Source: a virus (lineage: Duplodnaviria; Heunggongvirae; Uroviricota; Caudoviricetes). From it: DNA of 50,364 bases. Under the pieces are notes generated by a model. It was not told the DNA's origin. It searched no databases and saw only the letters and a program-made list of their open reading frames with translations. The stretch is from IMG/VR virus record IMGVR_UViG_2563366831_000011, positions 1 through 50,364 of that record, one strand, 5' to 3'. This document shows, piece after piece, positions 25,554-34,232 of this stretch (positions within the stretch are counted from its first letter, which is position 1; the number at the start of each line of letters is the position of its first letter). The position numbers and the translations under genes are program-made.

Positions 25554-26381
25554 TCAATCCTGTTTTAAAAGCCCTGGAATGACAGCCTCCCAGGTGCAAC
25601 GACAATTTGGTAATTCGCCTGGCATGATGTGCTCGCCATCAATGAGCATCCCTTCCGAGAGATCGAACAGCTTGCCATTGGCTTTCACATGGGACTGGCG
25701 AGGCTTTTTACCTGCATGGGAGTGCTTCCATATTCCCTGGGTAATGCCGAGCGCCTGCTGTCGCGCAGACTGAACGACTGAGGTAGCCTTGTTGTTCTGA
25801 TCTCGGGCAATGAACGCCGCACGGCGCCGGGTAATCCCGTATCGCTTCTGGAGTTCATCGGTGAGATAGGACAAGTCGCGCCCACGCGCTACCGACCGCA
25901 TAACCAGCCCTTCCACCTCGGTGAAATACTTCTCGGGGATGGATCTGATAAGGCCGACGTTCTCGGCGATGGTCGCCTGAAGAGCGTTATTCATCTGCGA
26001 GGTCATCTTGAACTCGACAGTAAACCCCGCATCTTTGAAGGCTGTGGCCAGTGACGCATCCGCGTTTTTCATGGCGTCGTTAGCGAATCTGTCGGCCAGC
26101 TTTTGCGCCATGTCATCAAACCGCCGCGTCCAGCGCTTAGCCAGTTTCTGCATGGCATTCCGCATCATCACTGCAGGCGATGCATCCATGGCGACAGCCG
26201 CGCCGCTGGCCCGATAGTTTGCCGACAGCCAGTAGACAACAGATGCCTGCATTTCCTGCACCTGCTTATCAAGCTGTCGGCGGTACCATGCTTCGACGCC
26301 AGCGTTAGGATGAACCGCCCTTATCGTCAGGGTCTGTTTCTTCCTCTTCGTCGTAGTCGTCTTCGATTTCGAGGTCATCAT
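25554..26381 (-). CDS. Head morphogenesis protein (Mu F / SPP1 gp7 family)
   Basis: 275 aa. The C-terminus PGELPNCRCTWEAV is typical of the Mu F family. It follows the portal gene, and its start overlaps the portal 3' end. Confidence 0.7.
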   Translation of the reverse strand: MMTSKSKTTTTKRKKQTLTIRAVHPNAGVEAWYRRQLDKQVQEMQASVVYWLSANYRASGAAVAMDASPAVMMRNAMQKLAKRWTRRFDDMAQKLADRFANDAMKNADASLATAFKDAGFTVEFKMTSQMNNALQATIAENVGLIRSIPEKYFTEVEGLVMRSVARGRDLSYLTDELQKRYGITRRRAAFIARDQNNKATSVVQSARQQALGITQGIWKHSHAGKKPRQSHVKANGKLFDLSEGMLIDGEHIMPGELPNCRCTWEAVIPGLLKQD

Positions 26382-27825
26382 TCAGGTCCAGAGAGTGATA
26401 GGGAGAGTCCGGGTCATCGGCGATTTTTTCGCGGACTTCGTTGCCAGAGAGCACGCTGGCGGCCACATAGACAGCGTCCGTGTCAGCGTCTACTTTGCGA
26501 ATTTCCGCCCGCTCTTTAGCGCTCATTTCGTACAGCGGCTCAAAGTCGAAGGTTATGCCATCGTCAATGTCGCCGAACTCAGAGAGCTGAATGATGTCCA
26601 TCACGCGCTTCAGGTTGTCTTTAAAAACAGACTGCTGCAGGGCGTGAATGTAGTCGTAGAAAACGCGAATTTCGCCGTCAGACGTTGCGTTAAGGCCATT
26701 TGGAGTAATGCCCAGTAGTTTGACGAGCGGGATGCTCGAAACCGCTGACATGTGCTCCTGCGACTGTGCCTGCAGGGCATCTAGGCCGTTAAGCGGGGCG
26801 TTAACGAACTCAACCGTTTCTGGCTGGGTAGGGTTGTTGTCTTTTGCGAATGCGCCACGGTTATCACGGCATCGGTTGAAGACATCAAGCCTTGCCAGAA
26901 GACTATCTGCCCCACCGCCCTGCAGAATCGTGCTCATATTTGTTCCGATTACCGGAACTGAGAACGAGTGGATCATGTCGCTGACGCTGTCGCGGGTGCG
27001 AAGCCAGTTATTGACGTATGGCTCGGCAATCTGCGAAAGAGACAGGCCGCGGAAGTTATACGATGCTTTCAGCAGATCAGGCACCTGCCGCGAGACGAAA
27101 TCAATCATCCGGCTTGCATGTACGGTCCGGCCCATGACAAACCACTGAGTCGGCTTGTAGAAATCCGGGCTCAGCGGGTTGTCGGAGTTATAAATCCCCG
27201 GATAGGTCCAGATGGGCTCAATAACCCTGAACCCCTGCAGGCTGCCTTTCGTGATTTTCTTGTCGCTCATGAAGAGCTTCGATTGCAGCTCGTTGTCGTC
27301 CATCCATGCGGAGATTCCCCGCGGCGAACGAACGTCGATGTAAATCTGGCCACCGCCAAAGTAACCATCGTGTTCTGCGGCTTCTTTAAAGCGCTCGCGC
27401 ACCTTAAACCGCTTCATGGCCTCTTCAAGTTTTCTTACCCGATCCGCCTTGTCTTCATCGCCGACAGTTTTGAGCTTTATCCATTTGCGGGTCATTTCCT
27501 CCGCGATGGTGCCGACCATCTTGCGATATTCAGGCTTCTGCGCCAGCGTGGCCAGATACGGGTATCCGGGGAAGCTATCAAAGTCGCCGTAGCCGTAGCC
27601 GCCATACGCAGCATTGAGAGCATCGTAAGGCGTGGAGTCCATTGCCAGAATGGCGCTTTTGATAGCCTCGGGGATCACCCCTTTCGGCGGCTCGTAGCGC
27701 TGAAACTCTCTTTTCGGTAATGCGCGGACTTCGGCCACGGCCTCTGGCCTGATCCCGACCTTCGGTGCTTCAGGTTCTTTTGCCGGCTCAGGCGCGGCGA
27801 CTTCTTTCTTTTTAAACCACCACAC
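26305..27825 (-). CDS. Portal protein
   Basis: 506 aa, immediately after the large terminase gene, with an acidic C-terminal tail. Confidence 0.75.
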   Translation of the reverse strand: MWWFKKKEVAAPEPAKEPEAPKVGIRPEAVAEVRALPKREFQRYEPPKGVIPEAIKSAILAMDSTPYDALNAAYGGYGYGDFDSFPGYPYLATLAQKPEYRKMVGTIAEEMTRKWIKLKTVGDEDKADRVRKLEEAMKRFKVRERFKEAAEHDGYFGGGQIYIDVRSPRGISAWMDDNELQSKLFMSDKKITKGSLQGFRVIEPIWTYPGIYNSDNPLSPDFYKPTQWFVMGRTVHASRMIDFVSRQVPDLLKASYNFRGLSLSQIAEPYVNNWLRTRDSVSDMIHSFSVPVIGTNMSTILQGGGADSLLARLDVFNRCRDNRGAFAKDNNPTQPETVEFVNAPLNGLDALQAQSQEHMSAVSSIPLVKLLGITPNGLNATSDGEIRVFYDYIHALQQSVFKDNLKRVMDIIQLSEFGDIDDGITFDFEPLYEMSAKERAEIRKVDADTDAVYVAASVLSGNEVREKIADDPDSPYHSLDLNDDLEIEDDYDEEEETDPDDKGGSS

Positions 27826-29502
27826 TTAAATTCTCCTGAGTTGATTCGGGTCGATAACCATCGGCTGCGGGCCGGAAATCAGGTTGTCGTCGATTGCGTC
27901 CATCCAGGTATCGAGGATGTCGTCGTTATCGTGACTGTCATCAGCGGAGAAAGCAGCGCATTCCGTCATCGCCGTCAGCACCCACTCCGTTGAGCCTGCG
28001 ATCGTGCCATCCTCGTAGAAGATGCTGGAAAGCTTCTGTCCGTCTTCGGTGTGCGTCGCGGGGACAAACACTTTCCCGGTTTTGATTTGGGGGATGACGT
28101 TAAGGCAGCGAACGAGCTTGTTCTGTCCGGTTCCGCGCGGGATTTCCCTCACCGGGATGGCGAGTTGCCCTGGGGTCTGACTACGTTTTTTCAGCGTGGT
28201 GATGAGGCCCTGTCCGGCTTGCTTCTCTTCAATGGCCATGTGGCGGAGCGGCATAACCCGCATGGAGCCAGACAGGCGCCATTTTTCCCAAACCTCTTCC
28301 GCTTTCTTCAGGAGGTCTTCCGGGTCCCACCGGCCGCGAACGACGTCGATGATGTACAGATTCCCGTCCACGCCCATGCCAGCCAGCGTAAACACGGTGT
28401 AATCCAGCCAGTCCTCTACCTTCCCGCTGTTCGTATCGACATACACGGCACGGTGCGTAAGCTTCGGCAGCGTGGTGTACGTTCTGAACCAGCTGGTGTC
28501 GATAATCCCGCCAGTCAGCGCCATCGGGTTTTGCTGGTATTGCGACAGGAAGGTGTAGCGGTCCTTTTCCCACAGCTGCAGGAGGTCGTTAACGTCTTCC
28601 ATCTGCGGCCAGTAGGACCAGTAGCGAACGCCGCCAACGACCACAGAATCGGTATCTTTTACCGTTTCCCAGCAAAGCGAACGCCATGGCTCATCGAGCG
28701 ACTGGATGTACTTCTCGTCGATCATGGCCGGTATGGCGACATGGTGAAACGGCACGCCCATTCCGCCGGCAAGCATGAAGCCCGTTGCGTCGTCGGTGTG
28801 CAGGCGCTGCTGGATGCTCACAAACGGAGTCGGGTGCTCTTTCGACTTATCGCCGCGGCGTGATCGAATGGTGTTTACCAGCAGCGTATTCGCGCTTTTG
28901 CGTCGGGACTCGCTGAGCATGTCCACCGGCTTGTTGTAGTCGTCCAGCATCACCATGCCGGAGAACTCAGGTCCGTAGTATCCACCACGACCACCGGTGA
29001 TTTGCCCGTTGCTTGAGCGCGATACCGTCTGGCCTATAGAGCGCCCTCGCTCGTCCTTTATCTCCCACTCTTCTGCCTGGTTGACACCAAACGAGCAGGG
29101 CCAGAACTCCTGATATTCACGGCTGGCGATAATGTCGCGGGTGCGCCGGCTGTTACGCTTTACCAGCGTGTCAGCAAAAGAGATATTCAGGTTGCGAAAG
29201 CGTTTGAGCCGCTTCTCCTGCACCAGGGCGTTGACATACGCCGGGAAGTGAATGGAGAAGAACTCTGTTTTCGTACCGCCAGGGGGGATGTTGATAATCA
29301 GGTTTCGCGGGACAAGGCGCCCGGCAAGCAGATCATCAATTTTCGAAGCCATCAGGCGGTGATGCCAGTTAACCAGCAGCCGATCGCCCTGAATCAGCTC
29401 GAACCATATCCGGGTGAAGTTCAGGAATGACTTCGTGGACTTTGAACGGATGATCACGCGCTCCGGGAATGACAGGTCATCCCATTCGATAATTCCGCTC
29501 AT
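27826..29502 (-). CDS. Terminase large subunit
   Basis: 558 aa. It has a Walker-A-like segment (INIPPGGTKTEF) and a C-terminal nuclease-type region. It follows the small terminase gene. Confidence 0.8.
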   Translation of the reverse strand: MSGIIEWDDLSFPERVIIRSKSTKSFLNFTRIWFELIQGDRLLVNWHHRLMASKIDDLLAGRLVPRNLIINIPPGGTKTEFFSIHFPAYVNALVQEKRLKRFRNLNISFADTLVKRNSRRTRDIIASREYQEFWPCSFGVNQAEEWEIKDERGRSIGQTVSRSSNGQITGGRGGYYGPEFSGMVMLDDYNKPVDMLSESRRKSANTLLVNTIRSRRGDKSKEHPTPFVSIQQRLHTDDATGFMLAGGMGVPFHHVAIPAMIDEKYIQSLDEPWRSLCWETVKDTDSVVVGGVRYWSYWPQMEDVNDLLQLWEKDRYTFLSQYQQNPMALTGGIIDTSWFRTYTTLPKLTHRAVYVDTNSGKVEDWLDYTVFTLAGMGVDGNLYIIDVVRGRWDPEDLLKKAEEVWEKWRLSGSMRVMPLRHMAIEEKQAGQGLITTLKKRSQTPGQLAIPVREIPRGTGQNKLVRCLNVIPQIKTGKVFVPATHTEDGQKLSSIFYEDGTIAGSTEWVLTAMTECAAFSADDSHDNDDILDTWMDAIDDNLISGPQPMVIDPNQLRRI

Positions 29503-29503
29503 A

Positions 29504-29989
29504 TCAGTCCAGCCCTTCTAACCTTCCCTCCAGCTTCTGCTGGGCCTTCGCATAGTCTTCAGCGGTGTACGTCACCTGATTCAGTGGGCCGCCGTCTTTA
29601 CCGGTCAGCTCGACCTTTTGCTTGTTGCTGTAGGCGTCGCCAACCTCTTTTGCAGCCTGCTCCAGTAACTGAGCTGTCATGCCGAGGTTTTTCATACCTT
29701 CGGCAGTCGTAGACATTCGCTGAAGGACGCGCAGGCGGTAGGCTTTATTGGCGATCGGAATGTCGGAGATTTCGTTGAGGAAGCGGTCGCGGGTAAGGTT
29801 GAAAAGTTCGACCCATTTTTGAGCCAGACCTTTCCCTGCCACCTTTGTCGGGTCATGCGATGCCACCTGCTGGCGCGTTACCTGAACCTTGAATTCTTTT
29901 TGTACGGACTCGACGATTTGGGATGGCGTATCAAAGCATGCAAGCTCTTGAATGATAAAGGCTCTCACTTCTGGTTTTAGTGCAGCCAT
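29504..29989 (-). CDS. Terminase small subunit (DUF2280-like)
   Basis: 161 aa, immediately upstream of TerL, with a helix-turn-helix-like N-terminus. Confidence 0.6.
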   Translation of the reverse strand: MAALKPEVRAFIIQELACFDTPSQIVESVQKEFKVQVTRQQVASHDPTKVAGKGLAQKWVELFNLTRDRFLNEISDIPIANKAYRLRVLQRMSTTAEGMKNLGMTAQLLEQAAKEVGDAYSNKQKVELTGKDGGPLNQVTYTAEDYAKAQQKLEGRLEGLD

Positions 29990-30019
29990 AACTCACCATC
30001 CGTATAAAGCAGTATAAAA

Positions 30020-30688
30020 TCACGCCAGCTTAAGCATGCACGTCCCGCACGCTCTGGCAACATCGATATGAGCAACCTCCGCCGGCCTGTTCGCAGCATC
30101 CACCATTTCCTGCACGTCTTTGCTGGCGCCGTAACGCCGGACAACTCCGACGAATTCCTCGACGTCGTGGCCGCGAAGTTTGAGCACCGGCATACCGGTC
30201 TCTTTGTTGAATTTCGGCGCGCCATAGTCATCGGTAGCCTGGGCGATGTGGTAAAGCTCATGCTCTACCAGTGCGCAGAACTCCAGATCGTTGCATTGCT
30301 CGCAGTAGTCAGCAGCCAGGGTGATGATGAACTTCGGTATGCGTCCGAACCATTCATGCATCTGCTGCTCCATTCTGGCTTTCTGCCAGCCACCGGCGCG
30401 CATCATTACCTGCTCACACTGGCCCAGCACAATGCGGCCGCTTTTGGCGAATGAGCCAGAGGCCCACATGAACGCGACATCAGCATCGAGCAAGTGCGCA
30501 TGGTCAGGGTTATGGATTCGGCCATCTTCGGAGAGGATGTTCTGATTTACCCATTCGCCGATTTCGGCAGCAGGGATCAGCCGGGTATAAGGCAGCCAGT
30601 TTTCGCCAGTGAAGTTGACGGGAGGGTATGGTCTGCGATTGTCATTTCCAGCCATACAGAATAATCCTCTGGGTTGCTTTGATGCCAT
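30020..30688 (-). CDS. Putative phage metallopeptidase (HExxH)
   Basis: 222 aa with an HELYH motif. This is the first ORF of the late packaging block. The alternative start at 30655 (MAGNDN...) has the better SD (AGAGGA). Confidence 0.6.
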   Translation of the reverse strand: MASKQPRGLFCMAGNDNRRPYPPVNFTGENWLPYTRLIPAAEIGEWVNQNILSEDGRIHNPDHAHLLDADVAFMWASGSFAKSGRIVLGQCEQVMMRAGGWQKARMEQQMHEWFGRIPKFIITLAADYCEQCNDLEFCALVEHELYHIAQATDDYGAPKFNKETGMPVLKLRGHDVEEFVGVVRRYGASKDVQEMVDAANRPAEVAHIDVARACGTCMLKLA

Positions 30689-30828
30689 TTCGGTAATTTC
30701 GACACCGCAGTACCCGTAAACTCACATAAAACTCTGTCAATGATACAAAAAGGCATCATTTGCAGAACTTTATAAAATTATTGAACGCCTCTTTCGGTAC
30801 CTACCTTTGTCTGCCGGCATGGATGTGC

Positions 30829-30848
30829 TTGTCTCTTATAAGAGACAA
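30829..30848. repeat. 20-bp perfect palindrome TTGTCTCTTATAAGAGACAA
   Basis: I checked the base pairing position by position. It lies in a 550-bp non-coding gap. Confidence 0.9.
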
Positions 30849-30890
30849 AGACTGCTCAGAAGCTATTAAGACTCACTATTAGGAAGGGCT

Positions 30891-30908
30891 TGTCCAACAC
30901 GTTGGACA
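30891..30908. repeat. Inverted repeat TGTCCAAC-ac-GTTGGACA, sharing its 8-mer with the ori iterons
   Basis: The arms equal the GTTGGACA core of the six iterons at 39214-39308. Confidence 0.85.
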
Positions 30909-31041
30909 CTCAATAGTGGCGAGTATAGAACGAAAAATAACCGTTCAAGGCCTTTAATGTTACACGAGTAGGAACAGCCACAGGAGGAATAAGTTACACA
31001 ATAGAAATCAGACTTCGCCCAATAATCAAAAAGGAGAATAA

Positions 31042-31158
31042 ATGTTGAAAATCAGTTTGTTTAGAACAATCGTCAATCACAAAATAACCTTCGCTGTCAT
31101 CTGCTTCCTTTTGAGCCTGATTCACTTCTACTTAACCGGCTCGCCTCTATCTTTCTAA
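31042..31158 (+). CDS. 38-aa hydrophobic mini-protein, antisense to the late transcript (below the ORF-track cutoff)
   Basis: AAGGAG SD lies 6 nt before the ATG. The product is MLKISLFRTIVNHKITFAVICFLLSLIHFYLTGSPLSF, with one predicted TM helix. Confidence 0.4.
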   Translation: MLKISLFRTIVNHKITFAVICFLLSLIHFYLTGSPLSF

Positions 31159-31311
31159 TCCTCGATTAATCCAAATTTCACTGCCATAATGCCGACATTC
31201 TCTGCCATTGTTGGCTCCGTTTATCCGTTAAAAGGGATATCAGTTAAGTTATCCCGTGCAGGGTATAAGCCATTATCAAGCCCCCCGTAGATAGGCTTTG
31301 TAATGACATCT

Positions 31312-31836
31312 TCAATTAATCAGCAGTTCAGGCTGTGTCACCTGCAAGATGTATTCATGCTCGACAGCCAGGACACGCTTCTCTTTCTTCCGTTCGTTCA
31401 TTAACCGACTGCCGATCGTACCTTTCAGCTTTGAGCGTGTTTCTTTGATGGCGTAGCGGTGCTGCATTTCTTCGCCAATTGCCATGCGGCGGCTCAGTTG
31501 CTCTGCCATCCAGTTGAATGCTGCGATATAGCTCTCCTTGATTGCCGCAGCAGCTTTCCCGGTGAACCCCATCACAACCATGATCCAGCCATCTTTCGTC
31601 AGGCTGTACATCGGGCGAACCTTGCCCTGCTCATCGATATAATCAGCCGACGCAAAATTGCGTTGGCTAAACTCACGCGAGCAATCAGCCTTAACCTGCT
31701 CGATTTTCCTGAGAACATCACCGTGTCGCTTGCCGAAGTACTTGGCAATTTTTCTGGATGTGGTAACGACCTCTCCGTTTTTGGCTTGCACCATTTCTCG
31801 GAAGTCGAAGGCTGGAATAACTGAATGATTATTCAT
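31312..31836 (-). CDS. rha: Rha-family phage regulatory protein (copy B)
   Basis: 174 aa from MNNHSVIPAFDF. VTTSRKIAKYFGKRHGDVLRKIEQ...MYSLTKDGWIMVVMGFTGKAAAAIKESYIAAFNWM is the pRha pattern. Confidence 0.75.
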   Translation of the reverse strand: MNNHSVIPAFDFREMVQAKNGEVVTTSRKIAKYFGKRHGDVLRKIEQVKADCSREFSQRNFASADYIDEQGKVRPMYSLTKDGWIMVVMGFTGKAAAAIKESYIAAFNWMAEQLSRRMAIGEEMQHRYAIKETRSKLKGTIGSRLMNERKKEKRVLAVEHEYILQVTQPELLIN

Positions 31837-31978
31837 AGCGTCTTTACCTTTTAGAAAGTGAGCCTGTCTCACAGAAAAGCCGCCCGAGAGAGGTCGCCAC
31901 CTATAACGGCATTTCTCAGGCTCGCTTACTGAAAGGCTCTCGTGAATATGCGCGTGAGATGCGCATTTACTGCGGACA
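31837..31978 (-). promoter_or_regulatory. Conserved structured 5' leader of rha (copy B)
   Basis: Homologous to 18517-18665. It has hairpins ATGCGC-atctcac-GCGCAT and GAGCCUGAGAAAUGCCG...CGGCUUUUCUGUGAGACAGGCUC. CCUUU...AAAGG pairing reaches the SD region. Confidence 0.45.
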
Positions 31979-32002
31979 TAAAAAAGCCCCGCATCGCGAG
32001 GC
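31979..32002 (-). terminator. Rho-independent terminator after Rz/Rz1
   Basis: Minus strand reads GCCTCGC-GAT-GCGGGGC-TTTTTT. Confidence 0.75.
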
Positions 32003-32034
32003 TCATTAAATGGACTTTGTGATTTGCAAAAAAA

Positions 32035-32472
32035 TTATTTCAGGCATTGCGCCCTGATGTATTCCTGCAGGTAGTTGACCTGTGCGGTTATCTTGTCGAT
32101 TCCACTTCGGAGACGGTAATAATTGAGTTCAGCATCTGCTGTAAGTCTTGGGCTTTCTCCATCGCCCATGCTGCTGGCTCTGGTCGTTGATTTTGCACAG
32201 GTGGCGGCGACTTGCAGGCGCTTACGCCCAGAAGAAACATCAGCACGGAGACTTTCGATAGTCGCGTTAGCATCAGCAAGCTCCTTTGTATATCTGGCGT
32301 CGAGTTCTGCTACGTCACGTTGACGCTTCTGCATGTCAGCGATGATGGATGTGGCTTTGTCGCGCTGGGCTTTGTAGGCGATGGCGTTATCACGGTAATG
32401 ATTAACAGCCCATAACAGGCAGACGATGATGCAGATAACCAGAGCGGAGATAATCGCGGTGACTCTGCTCAT
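32035..32472 (-). CDS. Rz: i-spanin Rz
   Basis: 145 aa with an N-terminal TM segment and a coiled coil. It follows the endolysin gene and resembles P22 gp15 / lambda Rz. Confidence 0.85.
   Translation of the reverse strand: MSRVTAIISALVICIIVCLLWAVNHYRDNAIAYKAQRDKATSIIADMQKRQRDVAELDARYTKELADANATIESLRADVSSGRKRLQVAATCAKSTTRASSMGDGESPRLTADAELNYYRLRSGIDKITAQVNYLQEYIRAQCLK
32088..32279 (-). CDS. Rz1: o-spanin Rz1 (embedded, +1 frame within Rz)
   Basis: It has a lipobox (LLGVSAC) followed by a Pro-rich segment [16 protein letters not shown]. The precise start is uncertain. Confidence 0.7.
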   Translation of the reverse strand: MLMLTRLSKVSVLMFLLGVSACKSPPPVQNQRPEPAAWAMEKAQDLQQMLNSIITVSEVESTR

Positions 32473-32945
32473 GCCTCAATCTCTCTGACCGTTCCGCCTG
32501 CTTCTTTGAATTTTGAAATCAGACTGTCAGCCTTATGCTCGAACTGACCATAACCAGCGCCCGGCAATGAAGCCCAGATATTGCTGCAACGGTCGATTGC
32601 CTGACGAATATCACCGCGGTCAATCATCGGTAAAGCGCCACGCTCTTTAATCTGTTGCAGTGCCACAGCGTCCTGGCTTTTCGGAGAGAAGTCTTTCAGG
32701 CCAAGCTGCTTGCGGTAGGCATCCCACCAACGGGAAAGAAGCTGGTAGCGTCCGGCGGCTGTTGATTTGAGTTTGGGGTTTAGCGTGACAAGTTTGCGAG
32801 GGTGATCGGAGTAATCAGTGAATAGCTCTCCGCCAACAATGACGTCATAACCATGATTTCTGGTTTTCTGACGTCCGTTATCAGTTCCCTCTGACCACGC
32901 CAGCATATCGAGGAACGCCTTACGTTGATTATTGATTTCCACCAT
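32469..32945 (-). CDS. R: Endolysin, lambda R-type lytic transglycosylase
   Basis: 158 aa. [39 protein letters not shown] matches lambda R as I recall it. Confidence 0.9.
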   Translation of the reverse strand: MVEINNQRKAFLDMLAWSEGTDNGRQKTRNHGYDVIVGGELFTDYSDHPRKLVTLNPKLKSTAAGRYQLLSRWWDAYRKQLGLKDFSPKSQDAVALQQIKERGALPMIDRGDIRQAIDRCSNIWASLPGAGYGQFEHKADSLISKFKEAGGTVREIEA

Positions 32946-33252
32946 CTTCTACTCCGGCTTTTTTAGCAGCGAAGCGTTTGATAAGCGAACCAATCGAGTC
33001 AGTACCGATGTAGCCGATGAACACGCTCGTTATATAAGCGAGATTGCTACTTAGTCCGGCGAAGTCGAGAAGGTCACGAATGAACCAGGCGATAATGGCG
33101 CACATCGTTGCGTCGATTACTGTTTTTGTAAACGCACCGCCATTATATCTGCCGCGAAGGTACGCCATTGCAAACGCAAGGATTGCCCCGATGCCTTGTT
33201 CCTTTGCCGCGAGAATGGCGGCTAACAGGTCATGTTTTTCTGGCATCTTCAT
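32929..33252 (-). CDS. S: Holin, lambda S (dual-start MKM motif)
   Basis: 107 aa. [39 protein letters not shown] matches lambda S107/S105. Confidence 0.9.
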   Translation of the reverse strand: MKMPEKHDLLAAILAAKEQGIGAILAFAMAYLRGRYNGGAFTKTVIDATMCAIIAWFIRDLLDFAGLSSNLAYITSVFIGYIGTDSIGSLIKRFAAKKAGVEDGGNQ

Positions 33253-33494
33253 GTCTTAGCCCCAATAAGGGGATTTGCTCTATTTATTTAGGAATAAGGT
33301 CGATTACTGATAGAACAAATCCAGGCTACTGTGTTTAGTAATCAGATTTGTTCGTGACCGATATGCACGGGCAAAACGGCAGGAGGCTGTTAGCGCGACC
33401 TCCTGCCACCCGCTTTCACGAAGATCATGTGTAGAAGGCCGCAGCGTAACTATCACTGATGAATTCAGGATAGCCAGTGGCTACGGCTCAGTTA

Positions 33495-33570
33495 TGGTGC
33501 TGTTTAACGGACTTGAACCGCTACCCATTCGCTTACAAGGCGACCGCTCTACCATTGGAGCTAAAACAGC
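33495..33570 (-). tRNA. Phage tRNA-Thr (anticodon UGU)
   Basis: The reverse complement is GCTGTTTTAGCTCCAATGGTAGAGCGGTCGCCTTGTAAGCGAATGGGTAGCGGTTCAAGTCCGTTAAACAGCACCA. It has a 7-bp acceptor stem, the anticodon loop CTTGTAA, and a T-loop TTCAAGT. There is one mismatch at the base of the anticodon stem. Confidence 0.75.
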
Positions 33571-33575
33571 ATGTT

Positions 33576-33650
33576 TGGCGGGACAGCGTGGACTCGAACC
33601 ACGATAAGAAGGTTAACAGCCTTCCGTAATGACCTTTATACGACTGACCC
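33576..33650 (-). tRNA. Phage tRNA-Asn (anticodon GUU)
   Basis: The reverse complement is GGGTCAGTCGTATAAAGGTCATTACGGAAGGCTGTTAACCTTCTTATCGTGGTTCGAGTCCACGCTGTCCCGCCA. It has a perfect anticodon stem GAAGG/CCTTC with loop CTGTTAA and a T-arm CGTGG-TTCGAGT-CCACG. There is one acceptor mismatch and a weak D-stem. Confidence 0.7.
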
Positions 33651-33653
33651 AAA

Positions 33654-33696
33654 TAAAAAAAGCCACCGTTGCAACTTAAGAGTCACTAATGGCAGC
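33654..33696 (-). terminator. Hairpin plus U-tract just downstream of Q (candidate tR'-like terminator)
   Basis: Minus strand reads GCUGCCAUU...AACGGUGGC (a stem with G-U pairs and one mismatch) followed by T7. Confidence 0.4.
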
Positions 33697-33713
33697 TTAC
33701 CTTCTAATTATGG

Positions 33714-34232
33714 CTAAATGGATAATTGCATGTCAAGGCTTTTAACAGCAACATGCTTAACTTTCTCAACACGTTTACGCATTTTAAAAGCATTTTGCAT
33801 TGGCTGGTATAAAACAAATAATGACGCTTTCAGGATGTCGTCAATTTCGTTTCTACAGGTTGCCAGTGAAGGTTTTCTCCATCCCTCGCCACCACGTCCA
33901 CACATCTTGCGTGGCTTTGCAGTCGCGTGATAGTAGGATGCAATTGCTCGCTTAGATGAACCATGAGCGTAGTAGCTTAGGAGGATGCCAAAGGCTTTCT
34001 TGTCAATGTACATGACGGAATCGACGACCTGAGAAATCAACATTCCATCGTCATCATTACACATTGGCCTTGTCATAACTCTTCCCGGCTCTACGCTCTC
34101 CATGAACTTCGCTATTACGCTGCTCATGCGCTTTTCCAGACGACCTGAATAAACCCATGCGCCCCACAGTTCAAGCCAGCCATTCAGCCACTCATGCTGT
34201 TCTTTGGTGAGGTTTAGTTCTCTTATGCCCAC
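33714..34232 (-). CDS. Late-gene antiterminator Q (non-lambda Q family)
   Basis: 172 aa. The position (after the nin genes, before lysis) and the motif [14 protein letters not shown] are typical of Q proteins of the phage 21/82 type. It has a GTG start that overlaps the ninI stop. Confidence 0.7.
   Translation of the reverse strand: MGIRELNLTKEQHEWLNGWLELWGAWVYSGRLEKRMSSVIAKFMESVEPGRVMTRPMCNDDDGMLISQVVDSVMYIDKKAFGILLSYYAHGSSKRAIASYYHATAKPRKMCGRGGEGWRKPSLATCRNEIDDILKASLFVLYQPMQNAFKMRKRVEKVKHVAVKSLDMQLSI

Noticed and set aside
29977-30261. A 94-aa minus-strand ORF overlapping the TerS start and the metallopeptidase gene end.
   Set aside because: It is an alternative frame within a better-supported HExxH protein gene, and its translation is Arg/Ser/Thr-rich and low-complexity.
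30829-30848. The palindrome arms (TGTCTCTTATA) resemble the first 11 nt of the Tn5/Nextera mosaic end, raising the possibility of a library or assembly artefact or a transposon end.
   Set aside because: Only about 11 of the 19 ME positions match. The rest of the ME (CACATCT) is absent. The flanks are continuous phage-like sequence and no transposase is nearby. I treat it as a native palindrome, though read-level inspection would settle the question.
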